DNA of 64,000 nt from Acidobacteriota bacterium (GTDB lineage Bacteria; Acidobacteriota; Thermoanaerobaculia; Multivoradales; Multivoraceae): assembly GCA_028875725.1 (NCBI GenBank), contig JAPPCR010000019.1, positions 8,483 through 72,482 of the forward strand, written 5' to 3'. Position 1 is the stretch's first letter; each line of letters begins with the position of its first letter. The notes below the pieces were generated by a model. It ran no database searches. It was not told where the DNA came from and was given only the letters and a program-made list of their open reading frames with translations. Of this stretch, positions 1 through 8,388 are shown one piece after another. The translations under genes were made by a program, and so were the position numbers.

Positions 1-177
1 CCGCATCTCGACTATCGCGTGCAGCGCAACGGCCGCTGGATCAACCCGGCGACTTTGGTGAGCGAACCCGTGCCGCCGCTGGCCGACGCCTTGCTGCCGG
101 CCTTCTTCGAACGCCGGGACGCCTTGCGCCACGAACTGGAGGGCGGTCCGGGACGCGACGTTCGTTTGGGTCCCTAG
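1..177 (+). CDS. C-terminal fragment of an M23/LytM-family metallopeptidase (5' end outside window)
   Basis: Frame 1 is open from base 1 to TAG at 175-177. The translation PHLDYRVQRNGRWINP resembles the H-x-H...NG..vNP block near the end of M23 peptidase domains. Confidence 0.55.
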   Translation, partial: PHLDYRVQRNGRWINPATLVSEPVPPLADALLPAFFERRDALRHELEGGPGRDVRLGP

Positions 178-253
178 CCCCTAGCGCGTCGACCGGCGGC
201 GCTTTCACATTGGGTGCGCCGGCGTCCCCGCCGGCATCCAGGACACGCACCCG

Positions 254-424
254 CCTGGCGGGGCCAGGGAAGGGGCTCCCAGCGGCCGCTCGCGCTTGAT
301 TGGTGGATGGGAGGTCGGCGCTCGCTTCGGTCGGCTGCGCTGCGGTGGGTCGTCGGTTGAGGTGACGATCTCGGGAGACGCTTGCCTCCAGCCCGCTGGG
401 CGCCCCTTCCCTGGCCCCGGCAGG
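254..424. repeat. 171-bp intergenic element bounded by 32-bp terminal inverted repeats
   Basis: 254-285 CCTGGCGGGGCCAGGGAAGGGGCTCCCAGCGG is complementary to 393-424 at 30 of 32 positions. The arms enclose 107 bp and no credible ORF. Confidence 0.75.
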
Positions 425-480
425 CTGGAAGTCGTCGTTGGCTAGGGCGACGCGGCCTCCAGACTACGCCGTCGCGCAGG

Positions 481-580
481 GAACGGGCCCGCCTGTCGGT
501 GCGCGCGTCTTCTGACCCGCTGCCGCCGAAGGCGGCCGGAAAACGCGCCGGCCGCTAGGCCGGCACCGCTTCGCGGACCG
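481..580. repeat. GC-rich REP-like intergenic repeat, long copy 1 (two hairpins)
   Basis: About 85% identical by eye to 34131-34228. Contains hairpins GCCGCC-GAA-GGCGGC (522-536) and GCCGGCC-GCTA-GGCCGGC (547-564). Lies between convergent gene ends. Confidence 0.7.
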
Positions 581-585
581 CTCTC

Positions 586-2028
586 CTATTCGAGCGAGCG
601 GGCTCGATCGCGAAGCATCGAGTAGGCCTCGGTGCGCGAGAGGCTGCTGCCGATCTGGAGAGTGTGGGAGCTGCTCCAGTCCCCAGCCTCGCCGGTCTCC
701 GTCTCGACGTAGGTCAGCGTGTTCGCGTTCTCCCAGACGACGATCGCTCCGGTGCCGTTGGGCGAAACCAGGATCGTCGGCTCGCCATCGCCGATCGTCG
801 GTGCGATCCGCTCTGACTTCACCTGCAGCCGGGCGAGATGCTGGACGTAATCGTCGCCGATTTCCTGGGCCGCGGCGAGAAGAACGTGACCGTCATCGCT
901 CCCAGCACCTTCGAGGAGATCGCCTTCCTGGGCTCGAGCGCCTACTAGGACAATGTGGTGACGGGCGTTGCTCGTTACGCTCGTCAGGCCGCCCTCGTCG
1001 CAGAGGTCCCTGGCTTCGGCTATCAGGTGACTCCTCACGTCGTCCGCGATAGGTGCAAGCACGCGGCTGCGGATGCGGCGGCCGACAAGTACGATGTGGT
1101 GTCTCGCTGCCGAAGCGACGGAGGTGATCGCATCCGAGCCTTCCGTCTCGATTCGCGAACACAGGCTGGAGGAGTCGAGGTGGTCCGCCAAACTGTCGGC
1201 GAGTTCCGCGAGTTCGGTTGCCGGCGTGGAGAGTTCCAACTGGACCAAGGCCCCCGTGCCACTGTCGGCAAAGCCGATAACCACCGCGTTCGGTTCGGAA
1301 GCCGCGTCGACGGTCGGTGCGGTTAGCAGTTTCGTCGCCACCTCACTCGTGAACGGATCGTCAACCAGCGACTGGGACACGTAGTCGTTCAGCCGGTGGA
1401 CTCGACGCCAGGTGGACGCCAGCCCGCCGTCGATCAGGACGACCGGGGCGTACATGACCTTCTCGCCGTCCGTCGTGTCCTCTGCCCAGACGACGTGGAG
1501 GACTGTCCGTGTGCTCGACTCGCCGGCAGTTCCGCCTGCCAGCTCGAAACGGTCGTGGGTGACGGCGAGGCGTGGTGCAGACTTCTCGCTGTATATGTTG
1601 CCGGAGACCTCAATCGTCTCGGACCAGATGCTGCCGTCGAAGGACGCGAGATTGATACGGGTCAGGGTCGAGGCGTTGCTGCTCGACCAGACGACGTACA
1701 GCTTCTCGGTGGCCGCGTCGAAGAACAGGGATGGCGTACGGTCGCTGTCGTCCGATTCGCTGCCGGGGACCAAGTAGTACTCGACCGTGCCCGATCCACG
1801 ACGAGCTTCGAGCCGTAGAACGTCCGCGTCCTCTGAAGCCTGGCTGCCGTCCGGGAAGAGGTCGCGGTAGGGACCTATGCTGACTTGGTAGACGTCGCCG
1901 CCGTTACCCAACACGGGCGCACTGCCAGCGGCATACGCCGCGCCACCGCCGAGCAGCAAAGCTAGCGTCGCAATGACCGCCGTGCTTTGCGTCCGGCCCC
2001 AGCAGCTGGAGAGCAGGCCCTTCATCAC
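586..2028 (-). CDS. Secreted hypothetical protein (480 aa) with a duplicated ARHHIVLVG motif
   Basis: Long ORF with a signal-peptide-like N-terminus (AVIATLALLLGGGAAYAAG). Its start overlaps the stop of the upstream TPR gene (TGATG around 2023-2027). Two S(A/N)ARHHIVLVG motifs lie about 50 aa apart. No family recognised. Confidence 0.75.
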   Translation of the reverse strand: MMKGLLSSCWGRTQSTAVIATLALLLGGGAAYAAGSAPVLGNGGDVYQVSIGPYRDLFPDGSQASEDADVLRLEARRGSGTVEYYLVPGSESDDSDRTPSLFFDAATEKLYVVWSSSNASTLTRINLASFDGSIWSETIEVSGNIYSEKSAPRLAVTHDRFELAGGTAGESSTRTVLHVVWAEDTTDGEKVMYAPVVLIDGGLASTWRRVHRLNDYVSQSLVDDPFTSEVATKLLTAPTVDAASEPNAVVIGFADSGTGALVQLELSTPATELAELADSLADHLDSSSLCSRIETEGSDAITSVASAARHHIVLVGRRIRSRVLAPIADDVRSHLIAEARDLCDEGGLTSVTSNARHHIVLVGARAQEGDLLEGAGSDDGHVLLAAAQEIGDDYVQHLARLQVKSERIAPTIGDGEPTILVSPNGTGAIVVWENANTLTYVETETGEAGDWSSSHTLQIGSSLSRTEAYSMLRDRARSLE

Positions 2029-3035
2029 GCCCTCAGGTTCACTACTTGGCGAAGATCGACGGACATCAGTACGTCGGTCAAGCCGGTTCGTTCGGGATAG
2101 AAGCGCCGCTCAAGGTCGCTGAAGGACGCTCGCGCCGCTTCTGTATCGCCTTCCAAGATGGCTGCCTGCCCGAGCAGGTACAGGCAGTTCTTGACCAAGT
2201 CGAGATCGTCAACGCGCTTGGCGAGTTTCAGGGCGGTCGCTGCGTGCCGTTTGGCGCAGGCTGTGCGTCTGAGTTCCAGGTGGGCGAAGCAAAGATCAAG
2301 GTGCGAGAGTGCGATGTCCCACTCAGCTCGCTCTCGCCTGAAGGTACGCAGGCTTCGGTACAGCAGCTTGAGCCCTTCCCGGAATCGGGCACGGTGAGGA
2401 GTACGGGATCCTGCTGCCTGGACTACGAGGCAGTAACCGAGATTGCCTTCGGCCGAAGCCGTCCAAGACGGTGCGGCACCCTCCGACAAGCGGAGCGCGA
2501 CTCGGTAACACGCCGCAGCATCAGCTTCTCTACCCTCGGCCACCAAGAGGTTTCCCATGAGATTCTGCGCAAGACCCCTTAGCCCCGCGCGCTCAACGTA
2601 CTCAGCGCGGTCGCGGAACAGCCGTGCGTAAAAGAGAGCCTTCTTGACTTCGCCCTCCAGCTCATGAGCGCGCGCCAAGGTATAGGCGGCCAGACAGCAG
2701 TTGTGGTCCACCGCGCTACCAAGCAGGATCCTGCGGAGCTCCGGCATCACCTCGGTGCCATTGCCGAGTTCCGTCTCCGCAGCGCCCCAACCGCACAGCG
2801 CCTCCTCGGCGAGATCGCTCTCACCATCGGCGGTCGCCACCTCCATGGCCTGGAGGTAGACGGTGCCTGCCCCCTTGTATGACCCCTTGGCGACGAGATC
2901 CCTAGCACGGTCCCTCAGCGTCCCGAAGTCCTCGGCCGTGTCCACGACGCACGTCTCCGGCTCGGGCGCGGGAACGCGCTCCGGGGTAAACGCCGACTCA
3001 GGCGACGAGTGGAAGGGAACTACCGTCGCGGTCAT
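2025..3035 (-). CDS. TPR-like helical-repeat protein
   Basis: ATG at 3035 (MTATVVPFH...). All-helical repeat sequence with TPR-like spacing (e.g. KNCLYLLGQAAILEGDTEAARASF). Translationally coupled to the downstream gene. The longer ORF start at 3155 looks like GC read-through. Confidence 0.7.
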   Translation of the reverse strand: MTATVVPFHSSPESAFTPERVPAPEPETCVVDTAEDFGTLRDRARDLVAKGSYKGAGTVYLQAMEVATADGESDLAEEALCGWGAAETELGNGTEVMPELRRILLGSAVDHNCCLAAYTLARAHELEGEVKKALFYARLFRDRAEYVERAGLRGLAQNLMGNLLVAEGREADAAACYRVALRLSEGAAPSWTASAEGNLGYCLVVQAAGSRTPHRARFREGLKLLYRSLRTFRRERAEWDIALSHLDLCFAHLELRRTACAKRHAATALKLAKRVDDLDLVKNCLYLLGQAAILEGDTEAARASFSDLERRFYPERTGLTDVLMSVDLRQVVNLRA

Positions 3036-3777
3036 TGCACGACCGATTCTAGTCCAAGGCGGCGCGTAAGTGTAGCCAGGACAAGAGCGCGATGGCGAGA
3101 GGCGCCGCTCCCGGTTACCCGGAAGCGACGCCCCAGGGAATCGTCCGCGATCCAATGCCCCGGGCGGTTGCGGCCTCGCGGCCTGGTCCGCCTTCGGCCA
3201 GGAGCACTCACGATTCGCGCAATGCAGGCCTCAGAACGTCAGGCGGAGAAGCCCGGCTACTGCCGTTCTCAGCGTCCCACTCGGCACCGTCGAGACCATC
3301 CGGCTCACGATCTGAGCCAGAGTCCCGCGGTCCCGCGGAGGCGGCCCGTAGTTCACTTGGCGCCCGCCGGTGTCCGAGTTCTGGTCGCCCGTCCGCCCGA
3401 CGAGGACGATGTGGACCCTGGCTCCGCTGGTGACAGAGGTCGGGGCATCACCTGTCGCGCCGACCGGTTCGGTTGGCCAAGGGTCTACGGAGGCCGAAGT
3501 TCCGGCGGCCGTGCGGGACTTGGAGTACCTGACTAATCGAGCGGACTCCTACGCCCGACTCCTGTTGAGCGTGCCCGAGACGGACCGACGCGTGAGTGAG
3601 GAGTGCGAGCGTGGTCTGGAGGAAGCCTGGGCCGATGTCGAGGCTGGCCGAGTGCGCGGCTCCGAGGAAGTCAAGGGGGAACTCGGCTTCTGAGCGGCGT
3701 TCCGCGCACTACTCGCTCGGTTCGGCGACGACATGCGGCTCGACGTCTTCGTCGAGGCCTGTGACCTGCTTCACACG

Positions 3778-4035
3778 TCACGCGGCGTCGTGCCGCTTGA
3801 TCCAGTCACGAAGCGCTTCGTTGATTCGCGTCTGCCAGCCTCGACCGCCGGCCCGGAAGTGGTCGATCACGTCCTGCGACAGCCGAATGGTGGTCGACAC
3901 CTTCGGTTTCGCGAGTGGCGGACGGCCGCGGCGGACGGGCGCTTTGGCGAACTTCTCCGGCCAGCCCTCCCGGGAGAGGTCCGGCGCGGTGTCCGGGTCA
4001 AAGTCTTGGGCCGTAGAGTGCTCGCTCTCGTTCAT
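3778..4035 (-). CDS. brnA: BrnA-family antitoxin
   Basis: 85 aa. The C-terminal block RGRPPLAKPKVSTTIRLSQDVIDHFRAGGRGWQTRINEALRDWI is the characteristic BrnA_antitoxin signature. Lies directly downstream of a BrnT-like gene. Confidence 0.85.
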   Translation of the reverse strand: MNESEHSTAQDFDPDTAPDLSREGWPEKFAKAPVRRGRPPLAKPKVSTTIRLSQDVIDHFRAGGRGWQTRINEALRDWIKRHDAA

Positions 4036-4267
4036 TGGCCTTCCTCATGCTGATGATCCTGTATGCATCGCTGCGGGGCGTCCAGACGAGAACCACCATC
4101 GCGTCGTCCAAGAAACCGACGGTTATGTAGCGGTCCTCTCCGTAGTTCCAGCGGTCATCCTGTGCGGTCAGCGTTGCGCCACGGAACACGTCGGTGGCGC
4201 GGGCCAAGTCAAGTCCCCTCGCTTCAAGTGTGGCCGCCCGCTTCCTCTCGTCGAACTCGACTCGCAC
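3998..4267 (-). CDS. brnT: BrnT-family ribonuclease toxin (DUF497)
   Basis: 89 aa. FDERKRAATLEARGLDLARATDVF...EDRYITVGFLDDAMVVLVWTPRSDAYRIISMRKANERE matches the DUF497/BrnT pattern. Paired with brnA. Confidence 0.85.
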   Translation of the reverse strand: MRVEFDERKRAATLEARGLDLARATDVFRGATLTAQDDRWNYGEDRYITVGFLDDAMVVLVWTPRSDAYRIISMRKANERERALYGPRL

Positions 4268-4304
4268 AATTGATGTTACTACAGAAATGTCGAAGGGGCT
4301 GCGG

Positions 4305-6203
4305 CTACACGTCCAGGCCGACCTGGCGCATCAGATCGAGGGCGTTGCTCCTGGTGACCGTGCCCTCGCGAAGCTGGTAGTCGAAGCGGATCCTGCCGTC
4401 TTCCAGCCGGTCCTGGAAGTGGACGTTCCAGAGCCGCGATTCGGCAGAATCCTCGGCGATGCTGGCCAGGGCCAGATCGTGCGTGGTCACGAGACCGATC
4501 GCGCCGCGGTCGAGCAGGCCGCGAACCAGGGCCTCGGCGCCGACTCTGCGGTCGTGGGAGTTGGTGCCGTGGAGGATCTCGTCCAGCAGGAACAGCACCG
4601 GCGTCGGCTGTTCGGTCAGGTCGAGCACGGACTTGAGCTTCGTGATCTCGGCGTAGAACCTGGACTGGCCCTCGGCGAGCGAGTCGTGGAGCTGGATCGA
4701 GGAGCCGACCGCCAGCGGCGTCAGCCGCAGCGAACGCGCTCGCACCGGCGCGCCGGCCTGCGCCAGCGCTACGTTCGTGCCGACGGTCCTGAGCAAGGTG
4801 CTCTTGCCGGACATGTTCGAGCCGCTGACGATCAGGCACTGGGCCGCCGTTGTGCCAGCCGCCTCGGCTTGCCGGTCGTCCCGGTCGGCCTCCCGAAGCG
4901 GCCCGGCCAGAAACACGTCGTTCGCCACGCACTCCTGGGCCGGCAGCAGCGGATGCCCGAGTTCCCGGCCGTCGAGCAGTGGACGCCCGTCCCCCGACGG
5001 CTCGACCAGCGTGGGGTAGGTCCGGTCCGGGTTCTCGAACGCATGGGAGGCGAGGCTCGCCAGAGCTTCGACCTCGGCCAGTGCCCCGAGCCAGACGGCG
5101 ACCCGGTCTCCGTGCCGGCGACGCCAGGAGTCGATGGAGTAGGCGACCTGGGGCGTCCAGAGCAGCAGCAATCCGAAGGGAACGAAGAAGGCGTTGCGCA
5201 TCGAGTCGAGCAGGTCGACGAGGCGCTGCAGTTGCCTGGCGCTGCGGGAGGCGGTGACGCCGTCGTCGCTTCGTAGCCGCCTGTCCAGTTCGACCAGGCG
5301 CGTGCTCTCGAACGGCTCGCGCTCGATGACTTCCAGTAGCGATGCAACCAGGTTCAGGTCACGGCTCGCCCGCCTGACGCCGGCCGTGACCGCCCGGAAA
5401 CGCTGACGCCAGGCGAGGCTCCACAGGATCTGCAGCACGGCCAGGCCAAGGAAGGGCGATGGCCCCCAACCCCAGGCCAGCCAGCCCGTGACCGTGAGGA
5501 GATTGGCGGCGGCGACGGCAACCAGCAGGGCGCGCACGAGGGACTCCCGTCCGCCGGCGCCGGGAAGCGCGGCGCGGCCGTCACCTTCCGCCCAGGCGCC
5601 CTCCGCCCAGGACACTAGCGCCTCCGGATCGAGGTCGGTACGCGCGATTCGACCGGTCGCGGCGAGACGCTCGCGGAAGTCCAGGCCGGGCGCCAGCTCG
5701 CGGACGGCCTCCTGCCGCCGCCGCAGGGCATCGGGCGGCGCGGGCTGGAGCAACCACGACGCCAGAAGTTCCTCTCCGCCGCGAGTCCGGGCCCGGCTCA
5801 ATAGCCGGAACAGCGAGTCGGGGCCGAAGAGGTCGAGGTCCGCGGCGTACACGTGCCCGGCGTGATCGTCCGCAAAGCGTGTTCCGGGCCGTCCGCCGGC
5901 GCGCCAGTCGCCGTCGAGGCGGTCGAGCATGAATCGGTAGAAGGCTCGTTCCCGCTTCAGCCGTTCGGCCCGCTGCAGCACACGCTCGTGGAGAACGACG
6001 AGGACGAGAAAGAGCAGGGCCGGGACTGCCGCCCAGAGCAGGGGGAAGAGCCTCGCCTGGACCGACAGCCAGACCAGCACGGCTGCCGCCAGAACGACGG
6101 CCAGCCGCGACCACGACACCGTCTTCTCGATGCGCCGCGTTCGCCGCAGTTCGCCGTCGCGCTGCTCCGCGCGACGTTCGCAGATCGAACGCGGGTCCTT
6201 CAC
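4305..6203 (-). CDS. Membrane-anchored MutS-family (domain III/V only) ATPase
   Basis: Walker A GSNMSGKST, Walker B LFLLDEILHGTN and TTHD motif in the C-terminal third. The N-terminal and central regions have at least 4 hydrophobic helices (LAVVLAAAVLVWL, LLWAAVPALLFLVLVVL, LLVAVAAANLLTVTGWLAW, FLGLAVLQILWSLAW). No mismatch-binding or Smr motifs seen. Confidence 0.8.
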   Translation of the reverse strand: MKDPRSICERRAEQRDGELRRTRRIEKTVSWSRLAVVLAAAVLVWLSVQARLFPLLWAAVPALLFLVLVVLHERVLQRAERLKRERAFYRFMLDRLDGDWRAGGRPGTRFADDHAGHVYAADLDLFGPDSLFRLLSRARTRGGEELLASWLLQPAPPDALRRRQEAVRELAPGLDFRERLAATGRIARTDLDPEALVSWAEGAWAEGDGRAALPGAGGRESLVRALLVAVAAANLLTVTGWLAWGWGPSPFLGLAVLQILWSLAWRQRFRAVTAGVRRASRDLNLVASLLEVIEREPFESTRLVELDRRLRSDDGVTASRSARQLQRLVDLLDSMRNAFFVPFGLLLLWTPQVAYSIDSWRRRHGDRVAVWLGALAEVEALASLASHAFENPDRTYPTLVEPSGDGRPLLDGRELGHPLLPAQECVANDVFLAGPLREADRDDRQAEAAGTTAAQCLIVSGSNMSGKSTLLRTVGTNVALAQAGAPVRARSLRLTPLAVGSSIQLHDSLAEGQSRFYAEITKLKSVLDLTEQPTPVLFLLDEILHGTNSHDRRVGAEALVRGLLDRGAIGLVTTHDLALASIAEDSAESRLWNVHFQDRLEDGRIRFDYQLREGTVTRSNALDLMRQVGLDV

Positions 6204-6217
6204 CGTGCCGCCGGTGC

Positions 6218-7477
6218 TCAGGTCAGCGCCGGATAGACAATCGACTTGAGCTGGCCGCGGAAGTTGAACGTGCCCGACATCCAGAACTGGACCATGAAGA
6301 TCACGATCAGGTCCTCCTTCGGATCGATCCAGAAGGCCGTGCTCGCGGCGCCGCCCCAGCCGTACTCGCCGACCGAGCCGATCGCCTGGGCGACCGCGAG
6401 GTCCAGGGTGACGGAGACGCCGAGACCGAAGCCGACCCCCTCGTAGGTCGTCTCGCTGAAGGAGCCGACCGCCAGGTCGGTCAGGTCGCTGCCGTCCGGG
6501 AGGTGGTTCATCGTCATGAGCTCCACCGACTTGCGGCCGAGGATGCGGGCGCCGTCGAAGGTCCCGCCGTTCAGCATCATCTGGCAGAAGCGGTAGTAGT
6601 CGTGCATCGTCGACACGAGTCCACCGCCACCCGAGAAGAAGCTGACTTCGCCGGTGTAGTGGCTGGTCTGGGGATCGTCGAGCAGGACCAGCTTCTTGTT
6701 CCGGTCTCGCCCGTAGTTGGCGGCGAAGCGGTCGACCTTGGCCGCGGGCACTGTGAAGCCGGTGTCGACCATGCCCAGGGGCCCGGTGATGTGCTCCTGC
6801 AGGTACTCGTCGAACGGCTGGCCGGAGAAGACCTCGACCAGGTAGGCGAGCACGTCGGTGGCGACCGAGTAGTTCCAGGCGTCGCCGGGCGAGAACTCGA
6901 GGGGCAGCTCCGCGAGTTGCTCGATCATCTGGCGCAGGCTGCCGCCGGACGGCGGTCCGCCGATGCCGAGCTCGCGGTACGCGGCGTCGACGTTCGTGCG
7001 TTCCATGAAACCGTAGGTCAGCCCCGACTGGTGCGTGAACAGGTCGCGGACCGTCATCGGGCGATCGACCGGCCGGGTGAGGAAGTTCGGGTGGTTCCCG
7101 CTCTCAAAGACCCTCAGATCGCGCCACTCGGGGATGAACTTCTCGACCGGATCGTCGAGCTGGAAGTGGCCCTGTTCGTAGAGCTGCATCAGGGCGACCG
7201 AGGTGATCGGTTTGGTCATCGAGTAGATGCGGAAGATCGTGTCGGTCCGCATGACGCGGTTCCGCTCACGGTCCATCAGCCCCTGCGCCGAGAGCCAGGC
7301 CGGCTTGCCGCCGCGGGCGACGAGCGTGAGGCAGCCCGCGATCTTCTCCGGCTCCAGGTAGCGGCGCCGCAGATGATCGTCGATGCACGCCAGTTGCGCG
7401 GCGTTCAGGCCGACCTCTTCGGGGCGGGCGAGGTCGAGTTCGGGGGGCGCTGAAACCAGGACGGGTCGTGCCGGCAT
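6218..7477 (-). CDS. Serine hydrolase of the beta-lactamase (class C/esterase-like) family
   Basis: S-x-x-K nucleophile motif SMTKPITS and the overall AmpC/EstB-like pattern. Probable ATG at 7477 (MPARPVLVS...). Confidence 0.8.
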   Translation of the reverse strand: MPARPVLVSAPPELDLARPEEVGLNAAQLACIDDHLRRRYLEPEKIAGCLTLVARGGKPAWLSAQGLMDRERNRVMRTDTIFRIYSMTKPITSVALMQLYEQGHFQLDDPVEKFIPEWRDLRVFESGNHPNFLTRPVDRPMTVRDLFTHQSGLTYGFMERTNVDAAYRELGIGGPPSGGSLRQMIEQLAELPLEFSPGDAWNYSVATDVLAYLVEVFSGQPFDEYLQEHITGPLGMVDTGFTVPAAKVDRFAANYGRDRNKKLVLLDDPQTSHYTGEVSFFSGGGGLVSTMHDYYRFCQMMLNGGTFDGARILGRKSVELMTMNHLPDGSDLTDLAVGSFSETTYEGVGFGLGVSVTLDLAVAQAIGSVGEYGWGGAASTAFWIDPKEDLIVIFMVQFWMSGTFNFRGQLKSIVYPALT

Positions 7478-7572
7478 GGAGAATCCTCCGCTTCTGCAGG
7501 TCGGTGCACTATCTGCGGCGCGGCGATCTTTGCAGATCGCGAAACGGGCGGGGCGCATACAATCGCGCAGCC

Positions 7573-8388
7573 GTGGCCCAAGCCCAAGCTCAGGAGCCCT
7601 TGCCCTCGACCTGTCTCGAGGCCAACGGTGTCACGCTCTCGTTTGGCGGCGTCCACGCTCTGAACGATGTCGCGCTGGACGTACGTCACGGCGAGGTGTT
7701 CGCGATCATCGGGCCGAACGGCGCCGGCAAGACCTCGCTGCTGAACTCGATCAGCGGCCTCTACCGGCCTCAGCAGGGCTCGATCACCTACATGCCGGAG
7801 CCAAAGGCGGCGCCGGTCTCGCTCGTCGGCCGCGCGCCCCACAAGGTGGCCCAGATCGGCATCGCCCGGTCGTTCCAGAACATCGAGCTCTTCCGCGGCA
7901 TGACGGTGCTCGAGAACCTCATGCTGGGGCGGCACATCCACATGCGCGGCAACGTGCTCAGCTGCGGCGTCTACTGGGGTCCGCAGCGCCGCGAGGAGAT
8001 CCGGCACCGGGCCGCGGTGGAGGACGTGATCGACTTTCTGGAGATCGAGAACCTGCGCCACCAGGCGGTCGGCACCCTCGCCTACGGCCTGCAGAAGCGG
8101 GTGGAACTCGCCCGCGCGCTGGCGCTCGATCCGAAGCTCCTTCTGCTCGACGAGCCGATGGCGGGAATGAACGTGGAGGAGAAGGAGGACATGGCGCGCT
8201 TCGTCCTCGACGTGAACGAGGAATGGGGCGTGACGACGGTGCTGATCGAGCACGACATGGGAGTCGTCATGGATCTCTCGGACCGCGTGGCGGTGCTCGA
8301 CTTCGGCCGTTCGATCGCGTGCGGCACTCCGGACGAGGTGCGCGCCGATCCGGCCGTCATTCACGCCTACCTGGGAGACGCCGAATGA
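7573..8388 (+). CDS. livG: Branched-chain-amino-acid-type ABC transporter ATP-binding protein (LivG-like)
   Basis: Walker A GPNGAGKTS, signature and Walker B (LLLLDEPMAGMN), and the LivG-specific C-terminal IHAYLG. The start is ambiguous: GTG 7573, TTG 7600 or 7468. Confidence 0.85.
   Translation: MAQAQAQEPLPSTCLEANGVTLSFGGVHALNDVALDVRHGEVFAIIGPNGAGKTSLLNSISGLYRPQQGSITYMPEPKAAPVSLVGRAPHKVAQIGIARSFQNIELFRGMTVLENLMLGRHIHMRGNVLSCGVYWGPQRREEIRHRAAVEDVIDFLEIENLRHQAVGTLAYGLQKRVELARALALDPKLLLLDEPMAGMNVEEKEDMARFVLDVNEEWGVTTVLIEHDMGVVMDLSDRVAVLDFGRSIACGTPDEVRADPAVIHAYLGDAE

Noticed and set aside
254-424. Calling the inverted-repeat element a mobile element outright
   Set aside because: There is no target-site duplication, no second copy and no cognate transposase in the window. 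It is reported only as a repeat, with MITE as a hypothesis.
1500-1700. BNR/Asp-box (sialidase-type) repeats in the 480-aa secreted protein (e.g. SFDGSIWSE)
   Set aside because: The spacing does not fit S-x-D-x-G-x-T-W and only one or two weak instances exist. No sialidase call is made.
7523-7540. Hairpin GCGATCT-TTGC-AGATCGC and TACAAT (7558-7563) in the divergent spacer upstream of livG
   Set aside because: It could be an operator or promoter, but it is a single short stem with no second copy or known motif. The livG start itself is ambiguous.
7383-8384. N-terminal 334 aa of the 983-aa ORF 7383-10334
   Set aside because: It is Arg/Gly/Pro-rich low-complexity translation and overlaps the well-supported livG in another frame. 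The ligase homology begins only at ATG 8385, so this is GC-driven read-through.
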